Source of the DNA: Raillietiella orientalis
Lineage: Eukaryota
Direction: 5' to 3'
DNA: 64,000 nucleotides
Assembly (NCBI GenBank): GCA_036172245.1
Contig: JAYWIR010000011.1
Span: 1,488,001 to 1,552,000 of the forward strand
Part shown: one piece after another, positions 48,738 through 60,398 of the stretch
Layout of the letters: each line of letters begins with the position of its first letter
Numbering within the stretch: position 1 is the stretch's first letter
Program-made: the position numbers and the translations under genes
The notes under the pieces: model-generated
The model's input: only the letters and a program-made list of their open reading frames with translations
Database searches by the model: none
What the model was told of the DNA's origin: nothing

Positions 48738-51700
48738 TTTGTCTCATTGCACTTCGAGCAGAAAGCTGGAAAGTTTATTTAAGTTCATGTTTTACTGAAT
48801 GCTTCATTTCCTTGAAAATTATTCACACCATTACATTGATGTTCTTCTAATTCGAAACTCAGCAATTACATAAATGCTTCCAAATAAAAAAAACATGCTG
48901 TCACCCTTACACTACACTAAATGTTTTCATTGTTGTGCTATCGTACGTCTAAAAAGTGGGAAATGCGTGTTCAAAAGATCTTTATTTCATTGAGACACTC
49001 AGATTCTGCGTCTAATGCTGGTTCGATACTTTCTTTTACCGTCTAGTTCGCATGAATTCGTTTGAAAACTTTATATCCATCAAGCTTTACTGCAGCATGC
49101 TCTTTTAATGACCCAAATCGAAGTAGGTCAGCACAAGAGTCCAAACCCTAAACCCGTTCATGCGACTTACAAGATTACCAAATGCAAAAACGAACATGAA
49201 CACGGATGAGCCCAACTTTGAAACCAAACTAAGCAAACGGAATATGGCCAGCATGCAGTCTAAATGTAATTGACCTTGGAAACCAAGAATTCGGATAAGG
49301 TCTAATTTCTATTGCAGGCATAAGCATTTGAGCATTGCCTTTTTTAAACTGCAATTTTCCTTTACTTAAGTAGCCTTCGGAAATGTCTCCAGTCAGGGTT
49401 GTTTACAACATGTTGGTATGTTTATATTTACTACCGTACTATAAAAATCTAAAGGCAAACAATAGAACTTAATCTATTAAATATCGAAGTATTCAGATTT
49501 TATTCCAAAAGCGGCTATTATTTAATGGATGCGTGAAACTTTCTAAAAAGCGCACGTCAAGGAGGCACACACCATGGCCGATAGCTGCTTCTAGACTCGA
49601 GCAATTTTTAACATAAAGGTATTCAAATGAGGAGCGTTCTCAAGGAGTGTTTGTAACCATCATGTTCACATAATTTATACAATTTTTTAGTAAATATCGC
49701 ATTTGTTATCTTTCCAAATGAAAGATCTATAAGAGAATTGGCAGAGCCGCTAAATTATCTTAATGAAACATTCTATAATGAAGCACCTCAGTTGATTACT
49801 TATCTGGAAACTATTCAGAGTTGCTAATGCATTTTTGCGTTCAAAACTGATGACACCCTCACATACGCCATCAGTTTCAAAAATGAAATAATAAATGCTC
49901 AAATCTTTACCACTAAACATGGAGTGATAGATTGCGTACACCTTACACCAAAGGAAGTGAAACTTCGTCTACAAACTGTTTGCCCTTTAATATGCAAGTG
50001 AAATTAGGAAGGAAAATTCATGTCTATCGTCAGCCATTTACCAAATACGCAAAAAAAGGTTTTCTTTATTTCACAGTCAGCCTATTTGTTATCACGAGAC
50101 AATTATGGAATACAAATAGCTTATAGCATACATGTACATATGTTAGAGGTAATATTGTGAATAAAATTACAACGTGAAATCGTGAAAAACCACTTCGCTT
50201 CAGTTTTTATTACTCTTGTATTTGTTCAGCACGTGTGTGTGCTTCACTCGATTACCTACATGGTAGGCTGTGAAACAAACTTTATAATGAAAAGAAATAT
50301 TGAAAATTAGATAAATGCAATTACAAAAAAAGCAAGATAAACACTGAAACCCTATGAATTTCTCTCAAAACTTCGGCCGAAATTCTAAAAGAGATGGGCA
50401 CAATACCGGCACTGCAGGTGGATATCGGATCCCAATATTATACATATTCTAGAAGATATACCATTTTGGAAAAAAAAATAAAAAATCATAGTACGAAGAT
50501 ATTACTTTTTCATAGCCGTGAATACTGATAAATAAGGGAAGCAGAAGATTACACCAATAATTGGTGAATTTGTAAGCAGATAGTAATGATGGGCGCATGG
50601 TCATTCTGTTCGGGTCACCGCGCAAAACTGCGCTACATGATTCTGAAAAAACTCGCGTGGGCACTCGGGTTCAACATATTCCCGAGGTTAATGAACAGTA
50701 CATAACATCTACCACATCAGAACACCTCGCATTTTCACATTATTATTTTTTCTTTTTTTTTTTAAAAAAAAAAAACAAAAACAATTCCATCACTTTTGAG
50801 ACGACAGTGAAAGTGCTTTTACATTCTCACTTCTACAAATGGAAAAACACCTCACTACACTCTAAAGTCCAGGTGATGCGTCACTCAAACATTCCAGGGA
50901 CGGAGACGAAGTTTTCCATGCCTCCGTGCACCGAGGCAAAACACTGCGTACTTTTTACGTTTGCATGGATTTCACCCGCGCAGTTGGGTCAACTGCTCGG
51001 TGAATTCGGTTTTCCACGTGACCTACGCGGAAAAACTGGCACAAGGCGAAAAGGCTCGCCGGCTCCTTCCTGCCTCTGCCTCGCAGGAATTGAGCCCCGT
51101 GCAACGAGAACGACCGCGCGGATTGTGCACGGGTCCTCCTGCGCGCGCATGCGCTTTCGATTTGCTTTTTGACGCCGCTGCGCGTGCGTGCGTTTCCCCA
51201 GGTCGAGGCGGCCGCAGCTGTCCGCAAGCAAGAAGAAGAAAGCCCGAGAAGTGATGGTGCGCGTGGTGGAGCCGCCGCGCAGTACGATCCCGTATGGACT
51301 CTCAAGAGGGAGAGCGACCACGGAAAACGTGGATAACTGTCATGCAGCAGCCACTCGGTTTGCCGGTGCGAGCAGGTCCACCAGCACGAGAGAGCACTGC
51401 GCTCCGACACGCACGCACGGGAAGGACCCGCCAACGCTCGCTCACGCGTAGGTGAACGGCACAAAGGTCAGCCGTCACGGAGGGCTTCCACGGTCGAGGC
51501 TGCACCACCCGCGGGATCACGTCCGGTTGACGGGTCCGTGGGAAGAGGGAGGGGATCCAGTCCGGAGAGAAACCTCACTGCGCGGGCGGGAAGGTCCCGT
51601 CCTCCCGCTCTCGGAAAGGGAAGGAGGGGGGAAGGGGATCTGCGGCGATCCCGCCGGCAGTTCTTCCCATCTCCCGATGCCCCGCCCGTTCGAGGCTGCC

Positions 51701-54700
51701 CCTGAGAGCGAACGGCGCCCTCCTCCTCTCCCCGAGAGGATCTCCCCGTAGAGGTCTTCGCCCTCTGCTCCTCGCCCCTCCCCTCCGGAAGTGCGAGGCG
51801 GTGCCTGCGCACTTCAGGCAGCGAATCGGAAGAAATCGCGCGAGGTCTGCTTCTGCCCCTCCTCCTCGCCGTCGAGAGCCTGCCCTTGTCCCATCCGCAG
51901 AGAGAGAGAGGGGGGGCGGAGAAGGAGGGGTCCACGTGAGTATGAATGCGCCATCTCTGCCCTCCTCCTGCCTGACTTGCTCGGCGGCGCCGCTCTGCCC
52001 TCCCGGAGTCCCCTGGGCGGCTCGGTGGAAACTCGGCATGAAGTTTCTAGGCTTTCTCTGGAAGGGAGGCGCGGACCGCGACCTCTGAGGGACTTCACCT
52101 GACCTCGTGGCTCTGCGCCTGGGCAGCCCCTCGGATCCCCCGGAGAGGTCGCGTGCCCTCGAGCGAAAGATCGGCAGGGCTGCTCCGCGGGGGCTGGGGC
52201 GACGAGCCCACCCTTTGTGGTCTCTTTCTTTGGGAGAGCGCATCCTGGAGACGCGGACGTCGGCGGAACCGCCCTTTTCCTCTCCTCCCCCTCCACTGGT
52301 CTCCTGGAGACCGGGAGGGGGCGGTTGCCATGAGATCCCTGGAGCGGTCGGAAAAGCCAGGAAACAGGACTAACGGGGAAAAGAGGGAAGCCTCCCTGAG
52401 ACCTGCGCGGAGACCCCTTCGTCACGCTGCCGCCCGTCGCCACGTGCGCGCCTCCCCTGTAGTGGATCCAGGAACGTGCTGTGTGCAGGAGGACGCAATC
52501 CCTCTCCCTTCCCTCAACCCTCTCTAGATCTCCCAGATCCTCATGGAAGCTGGACGGTGCTGTGTTCCTCTCCCGAGATCCCACAAGGTCTACCCGAGGG
52601 CCCTCGTATGAGGGGAAGAAATGCGGCATGAGACCCTGAGCTTGCTCGTGCGTCCACGGGGACCTTCCGATCCGCAGCCTCGCGCGCGCGATTCCTGGCC
52701 ACTCTCTCCCCTTACCACGCGATGCGCGCATCCGCCTCCGCGCCTGGGTGGAGGCGGTCAGGAAAAGGGTGAGGAGGCCACGGCAGCGCGGAGCTACCGG
52801 GAGCCGCCGGCGTTTCCTTCATGCGCGTTCCCGCCTCCCGCACCGCCCTGGGCGATCGCCTCCGGGGTCTCTGTGACGGCCAAGAAGGCGCCAATTCCTT
52901 TCCGGAGCTCCCTTAATCTCCCTCCCCTTCTCGCACAGAAAGGGAAAAGGTGCGCCACACCTCCCCTCAGGAGCAGGCCGCGGCGAAGAGTTCTTCGACC
53001 TCGGTTGAGCAGCGGAGCTCCCTTCGCTCGAGTGAAGGCGGGGGAGGGAGGAAGGCGGCGCCAGAAGCTGAGGTCGTCGACCCCTCTCTCTTGGGAACGG
53101 TCCACAGGGATGCCGCGGACTTTGGAGGGGGGTCTAGCCGACAGGGCGGCGCGCAAGGGTCGGGGAGGTCGGACGACTCCTAGGGATGATCTGCAGCGAG
53201 AGGGGTGGACGTGGGGAGACCTTTCGTCTTATTCTCCCCTTCTCCCTTCTTTATGAGAAGTTTCCCCACAGAACACGCGGACCAGCGAGCCCATTCCCTC
53301 CGGATGGAGCCGACTGTCCAAGTGAAGGTGAAGATCGTCCAGGGATCCCGCGCATGACCGGGAAGCGCAGTGGAGAGGGGAGAGGATAAGCGCGAAGGTC
53401 GAGGATACGCGCACGCCTCATCAACGCGGGGGCAGTAGATGGTGGACGAGGCTAGAAGTACCATCTGCTGGCGACTACGCGAAATTCCCCGGAAGACTGC
53501 TCGGTCTGGCACTCACCAGGACTCACCAACCGGAGACCACCGAGATCGAGGACCGGGACCCTACCGGTGATCCTAGAGGACGAGCGGACCTCGAGGGAGA
53601 GGAGAGGGTCACTGGAAGGAGTTTCAGGCCACCCCGGGACCGAGGGAAGCACCAAAGGGATCTCGGAAGATAGGTTGACTCTTCCTGAGATCCACAGAAG
53701 AGAGGGAGTGGCCTTCGCGGCAGCCGTAGGGCGTTGCCACTGGCACGGGGAAGCTGTGTAGGTTGCCGAGGAGCGAACGCGGCCGGAGAAGTGCCGCCGC
53801 CCCCTCTGTTGCGGCTGCTGCCCGCGATCCACGGCTGCGCGCGTGTCTGCGCGTCGTCCGTCTTTTCGTCAGGGACCTCAAGCCTGCCGAGACCGCGGCC
53901 ATCTTCTCGACGCGATCTGGCGAGCGGTGGTGGCGGGACCCCACTGCAGAGGACTGGTGACCAGGAGGTGCCTCCGGGAAGAAGCTGGGGGTCGCCCTTT
54001 GCTGCCCCGACTTGGACCTACGAACGCGATCCGGTGGGTCATCAGCACTGGGGGGGGGAGAAAGCAAGACGAGATGGCAACCGCAGCCAGCATCACAAGC
54101 TGGACCAAAACTGTCTCTTGAGGAACGCGCGCTCCTGAAGAGAAATCCCAGAGCTCTTTGGAGCCACTCTCAAGAGCGCGCCTTCGCCTGGTCATTCCGG
54201 AAGGGCCGCCGTGCTGCCGCAGCCGCTGCCTCGGCAGCTGCCCTTCTGCTCTCCGTGGACCTGGGGACGCCCCTGAGCTCGCCGCCTGGGAAAGAAAAAA
54301 AACACACACAACCCTACCGGAGGGACCCGCCAGGGGGCTTGCAGTCGGGGTCTGCCGGCGGGTAGCGGGTGTGTCGCCCTGCGCTACGACGGGCTTCTTC
54401 GATCACTTCAGGACGTGGGATGTCCCCTTTCGTTTCCTCCCCGGAGAGCCATATTCGCACGTGCGAACGTCTGCGCATCCGCAGTGGCGCGCGCGCATCC
54501 ACCCAAGTCTCTCGGTATGTCCTGCGTAGCAGAAGAGGGGGAGGGGGTAAGCCAGAAGTCTGTTCGCGTAGTTGCGCGCTCGCGCGTGAGGATCTTCACC
54601 TGAAAGTTGTGGCACGCCCATCGAGCGTGCACCTCCGGACCGCGATGCGGAGGTAGCGGCCAGATAGTGCGCGTCCCGGGAGACGGAAGCGGCCGCGCGG

Positions 54701-57700
54701 AGGTTGGCCAAACCCGGGAGAACGCGAAGGAGAGGAGTGAGGGGGGGGGGGGGAGAGTTCCCAGCGACCCATCTAAAGTCCGCTGGAATTCACGGCTGCC
54801 AGAGCTCCGTTCCTCAAAGCGCCCGAGGGCGCCCGAGCAGCAGGCGAGAGGGAGCCCAGCGCTGTTGCGGTGAAAGTTCGACCTCTCCGCCTCGGGAGGG
54901 GCCGAGCGCTCGTCCGTTCCCGGCGACCCGGCGTCGCTGATTGGGCCACCGAGGATTCTCCATTCCTTGTGAAGGACGCGGCCACGGGCTCTCCGAGCTT
55001 ACCGAGAGCGATCGGCGGCGAGAGGTCGCGGGACGCACTTCAAGCTCGGGAAAGAGTCGAAGGGCTAGGAGCTGGCGTATCAGAGCAGAGGCTTTCGAAA
55101 GCAACGCCGTGGGTCCCGCGCGCATAACAAGGTCGCGCGTGCGAGGCGGGAACGGCTGCGGCGCGGCGAGCACCCCGCGAGAATCCAAGGAGCCCTCCTC
55201 TCCCGCGACCTGGGAGCGAAAGGAAAAAGAGGGCAAAAGGACGTGGAGCAGCCCCGACGAATGCTGGGCCCGCAAGCCACCGTGCTGGGGAAACTTTTTG
55301 GGGCTGCATGTCTTTCGGTCGGCACACGCGGCGGCAGAGCAGGAGCGGGTCGATGGCGAAAGGATTCCCCTAGAAAAGCGTTCACGCGGAAGAGGGCGCG
55401 GCTCTGAGACTGATGTCTGCGAGTTGCGCCGTCGGATGGCGCTACATGATGCACGGGAAAAGCAACAGCAGGCGCTTGGGAACAGCCGGATCCAGAGGGG
55501 AGATGCTGCTCGATGGGAAAGGTCATTGTTGGAAGAAGACCACATTGCGTGCGTGCATTCCGGATGGAGTGAGCTGAACACTCGGAATGGGAACACCTCA
55601 AAACACTTCCCGCCGTGCCCCACGTGCAATCAGAACATTTCAGCCGTCGACAGGGCACCACCTCACGAAGAGGGTGCTCGCTTTGGCAGGCGAGGCCCCC
55701 ATCAAAGGAAGGTCACAGCTGACTCGGAGAGCCCCCACGGTGAAGGGAACGACGCAGTGGATGCCAACCTACAAATAGAAAGACATAGGTAGGAGGAGCG
55801 GTGGTTCCGGAACTTTTCAAGCCTCCTTAGCTTCTTTCTCGTGGCAGTGGGGCAGCAACCAACCATTCGTGTAGGTTCCAAACTTGGGTCGAGTGCCAGA
55901 TGTTCGAGGCTTTGCACTCGAAGAGTTTTGATTTGAAAGCAGTTGGCCTGCGCTGAACTGCCGGCGTCTCACAGTTCTCCGGCTTCTCGTCCCCCAGAGT
56001 GGTGCTTGTCATGGGTTCTGCAAGCAGCGAGCTCGCCACTTCAGTCGCCGAAATCCCTCATCCCCACGCCTCATCAACCACTGATGGAGACCTCTTTTTC
56101 GGCGATCCTTCCTTCCGGATCAACGATGTTTCCAGAGGAGTAGGCACCGAATCTCGCTCTGGGTGATGGGGTGTTGCCCCGGACCTGAAAATTCGGTTCC
56201 GCTGTTCCTCGCCTGGTACGTCGAGGGCAGCTGGGTTTGTGGATGCCCGCGAAGGGCATCCAAGAAAGCCCTTTTTTTTTTTCCTGCGTCCACTTGCAGG
56301 AAGACAGGGGACTCTTTTCCCCTCCTTTCAGGTCGGATCGCTCCCGGATCTGCCGCCACTCGGGGATGCGGAGAGTAGGGAGACCGGTTCTCTCCCTACG
56401 ACTCCTCCAGAAGGACTCCTTCTGCAATCGACGGAGGGAGCGAGCGAGGGGGTCTCCCCGAGCGTCTGCGAGTTCGGCTCGGCAGGATTCTACGGGAGTC
56501 GCGAGTCACCGCCTCGGACGCAGCCCCATCCCTTTGCAGCCGAGGAGGATGCGGGAAGACGGAGATTCCCTCGGGCCGAGGTCGTCACAAAGGGGGTGGG
56601 GGTGTAGAGTAGGGTGCATCCTGTACGAATTTTCCCATGATGCCTTTCTGGGGGACTTGGTGGGACGAGAATCACCTCTTTGTCGCTCTTCGTCTCGCGG
56701 GGCGAGCTCCAAACGTGTGGCAGTCCTCTCTCTCTCCCTTTTCGCTCTTCGCGCCATTCTCCCCTCCCCTTTCCTCCCCACACCTTTCTGGCTGACGAGA
56801 GCACGTGCTCGTCCAGGCACGTGGAACTCCCCCCCCCCCTCCTCCCATCTTTCGCTGAAGATAACGCGGGATTCGGAGCGGACGAGGGAAAGCAGCACAC
56901 TGGTGAAATTCCCCCGCCGCTCAAGGTCAAGGTCACCGGAGAAGTTGCTCTTGGCCCCAAAGGCCTGGGCACGAACATCCGACTCCGCTGTAGACCTCGA
57001 AAGGCGCGCAGCGAACGCACTCAGCGCAACTATGCCAACGGGCACCTGCTACCCCCTCCTTCCCTAATTCTTTCGACGCGTCGATCCAAAGGAACTTTCT
57101 CAAACACAAGAGATCGCTCTCGGGGATTGGGGCAGACAGGAAAGGCCTCGTCGGCTCTTCAGAAAGCCGGCCCCTTTGCTCGTGGGTTCCCACGCTAGAG
57201 AAAACTCCTGGACGGAGCAGAGGATGTGGGGGGGAAGAGGCAGGGGCTTGTGGGCTGCAACATGTTTTCTCTCCTCCCCCCTCCCCTCCCGCTTCCTGGG
57301 TTCGCGCGCGATTGTGGAATGGGCACAATCTACTTCTTCTGCTGCGCCCCTCTGCACAGGGGCCTTGCACTGGAGACGGACCTCGATTTTCCTTTCCTCC
57401 TTCCCGAATCCACGATCCTTGGACCCTGAAGCATCAGGGCATTCCCTCCTCTTCCCTGCTACCGGAATACTTCTACAGGATCCAGGAACACAGCGGGGGA
57501 ACGCATGGGAGAATAGCCATTCTTTGCTGTCTCGCGGTGCTGCCGCTACTGCCGAAGCAGCAGTGGGGGGGAAGTGACAAGAAGCGGAGCAGCTTTTTTC
57601 CTCGAGATTTATAAAGAACGGGGACGGTCCAGTACCAGGATTCGAACCGGCCCGCGCGGATTCTCCTTGCTATGTCAAGTGTGCATGCTCGAACTGCGCC

Positions 57701-57748
57701 CTCACGTGAGGCCAAAAAGCATTGTTGAGCCGGGAGGCCCTGATGGCG

Positions 57749-57820
57749 AGAGTTCTTGCCGGGATTCGAACCCGCGGCCTCGAGTTCCGCACCAAGGGAA
57801 CGCGTCATCGGACCGAGTCT
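57749..57820 (-). mobile_element. Second copy of the tRNA-derived SINE-like head
   Basis: Minus strand GCCGCGGGTTCGAATCCCGGCAAGAACTCT resembles GTCGCGGGTTCGAATACTTCGGCAGAAACTCT at 27.3 kb. A further B-box (CCGGTTCGAATCCTGG, minus) lies at about 57635-57650. Confidence 0.5.
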
Positions 57821-60242
57821 GCTTGCTCGGTTTCTTCCGCGTGCCCGCGCGATGCGGTGGGAGTCCCGAAAAGGCAAGGTGCCTGATTGGGGGAACGAGG
57901 GGGAGATGCGAGGAGGACGCTAGTTGCCTGAACTCCACGTACCGCGGCCTCCGGCACCAATCGCGCCACCCTCTCGATCTCGGCCTTTCCTCCGGCCAAC
58001 GCAGAGAACTCGTGGCAGGGGGAGGAGGAGGTGCACTGCAGCCAGCCGTGAGGCCATGAAGGGAGGGTAAGGGGAGTGCGGCGGACGCTCCCCGGTTTCA
58101 CGCCTCGCACCAGGGTCCCCTCTTTGATTCGACAGTTAGGCTTTCGCGACGCAGGGGGCAAGGCGCGCACTGCAGCCGGAAGTGCGGAGGAGCAGTCGGT
58201 GTACAGCGCACGCGATGACCTTAAGCGGAGCTCTTGGCTGAGGGGAGGGCAGCATCCCCGACATCCGCGTTACGGTCTCGCCCTACCCGCCTTCCCGGAA
58301 GGTCGGAAACGGCTCCATGATCCAGAAAGCCGGGCGGAGGCTTCCTTGCGGGCATGGAGCCGCTAAATCGACGAACGGGGCGGGCCACCTGCACCGACAA
58401 GCCATGGGGCGACTGGCGTCCCCGGTCACGAGAGGAGGTTCTTTGGCTCTCTCGACGGCTCCTGGGGCCGGAGTTGCCTGCGCGCAACCCGATGGTGGTA
58501 TTGCTGCTGCTATGCGCGTGCGCAGAGCCGGTGACCAAACGAACAGTGCGCGTCCGCCCCGGGCGGTGCTCGATCGCTCGGAGCCCTCGTTTTAAACCGA
58601 ATGAGCTCAGAGCCCGCGTCCTTGCCTTCCCCCTAGGGTAGAGCAATGTCTCCCCCTTCTTCCTCCCCGGTACGATCCTAGCCAGCACCACGCCCTCAGG
58701 AGAGGCTTTCTCCTCTACGGATGAGCTGCGCGCGACCTGCGACCGAGGAGAAACTCGCGCAGCTCCTACCACCTGACCTCTCCCTGGGAAAAGAGCTCCA
58801 GCGTCGTCGCGTCGAACACACTGCTTCCCGTCCGGAGTGGTGCAAAGGCGGCGTTCAAGATGGCCCGTGGAAGACTCCTTCGCTCTCTTGCGTTCACAAA
58901 CGGCCTGCCCGGGAGGGAAGGAAGGAGGGGAAGCGAGAGGTCTCTCCATCTTCCTCGTCCACTCCATCCTCCTCCGGGAGCTCGCAAGGGCTTCCCCCGT
59001 CCTGCCGGCGAGCCCGACCTGTGCCTTAGGTGGGACCCTCCTGGATCCGCTCCAACGCACGAGTGTGCGCGCGCCGCTTGCCACTTGGCTCTGAGGGTCC
59101 CAAGATCGCCAGTTCCCTGACGGCTCCGCCGGACCCCAGTCTTCTCCTTTGGTGAAGCAGTGGAGACCCGACTCTCCGCTCTTGTTGCCCCTTCCTTTCC
59201 TCCTGCTTTTCCTAGGGCTTCGACGGAAGATTCGTGGAAGGGCCCGCTGTCGTTGTCTTCCCGGGCACCGCGGGGAACAACAAGCCCGGCCGCGGTTTCG
59301 AACCCGTTCTGAGTAGACTGGAGGTCTGCGGGCTCCACTGTCCTCGCTCGGTACTCCTAACCCTGGATTCAGGATCAGCCATGGCTCTCGGCGGTTGCAC
59401 TTTCGTTCTACTGGCGGTGGCTGAGGGTGTGGTTGGGAGATTCCTGTATCGGCGAACGGAGTCCTCCTTGAAGGAACCGCCCGTTTTCCCTCGCCCTCTC
59501 GGTTTTCGAGGTTGCAGACCCTAGGATGCTGAAATCTCAGGAACGCCGATATCCTGCAAGAAGCTAAAAATTCGAGGATGCACGCGAACCCCTTTCTTGC
59601 TCTCCAGGCTTTGTTTATGGGGGTGGATGGCCCGCGATCTGCTGCCTCCGACGTTTTCAATTTCGATTTCTGTCCGTCTCATTGTTCTGTCCTTGCGACG
59701 TCACGGAACCATTTCCAAGAATCCCCTGCTTGCATCTCTCGGTGCCAGATTGGCAGAGATTTTCTGGGCGATCCCTCCAACCTGGGTCCCTGCTTGCGAG
59801 GTCCAGTAGATGTCGCAGTCGTGCTGGATGGTAAGGGACAAGCTGGGAGACGCCTCGTTCTGTCGAGGACAGCCGAGGGATCTCCAGCTCTCCTCTTCGT
59901 TCGCGGGATTCCAGGGACCCTAAGGAGCCCACTGTTCGAAAGTCAACCGAATATCCATGGTCGATGGGGAGGCAGCGACGAGGTCTTCGTCTTCGGTCAC
60001 CTTTCTTTCTTGTGCTCTTCTGCCGTCGTGAAAGGTACTCTCGAAAGAATGGCACGTCCGGAATAGCCAGTCTTCTCCCCTGGAACAGCACTAGTTCCGG
60101 AAGGAGAACCCGTTCCAGGGATGAGCTTGCTTCTGAGAACCACTCCGCAGTTTCCCTCCATCGACGTCTTTGGCCAGTCAAGCAACGCATCAGTCGCCGA
60201 CCTTTTGACCAGTGCGTCACCACTTCGCCAGATGCTCAAGAG

Positions 60243-60398
60243 AGCCCGAAATGAGCAGCGTCTCGAACTCGGCATCTTCCTTCTACTGCGCTTTGATCTG
60301 TTCTCACTTAGCTCAGCGTCTTCCCCGTCAGGAGGACTGCATAACAGGATTGCGGCCGCAGAAAGGTGTCGAGTGCGAGACGCTGTTCATTTCCGGCT
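60243..60398 (+). other. Long imperfect inverted repeat or RNA hairpin (36-bp outer stem)
   Basis: 60243-60278 pairs with 60363-60398: 31 Watson-Crick pairs, 3 G-U pairs and 2 mismatches. Confidence 0.75.

Noticed and set aside
58221..59660. 479-aa ORF and other long ORFs in GC-rich blocks (e.g. 16539-17744, 10234-11316, 42028-43131)
   Set aside because: Arg/Pro/Gly/Ser-rich low-complexity translations overlapping in several frames; expected from stop-codon scarcity at high GC, with no domain motifs.
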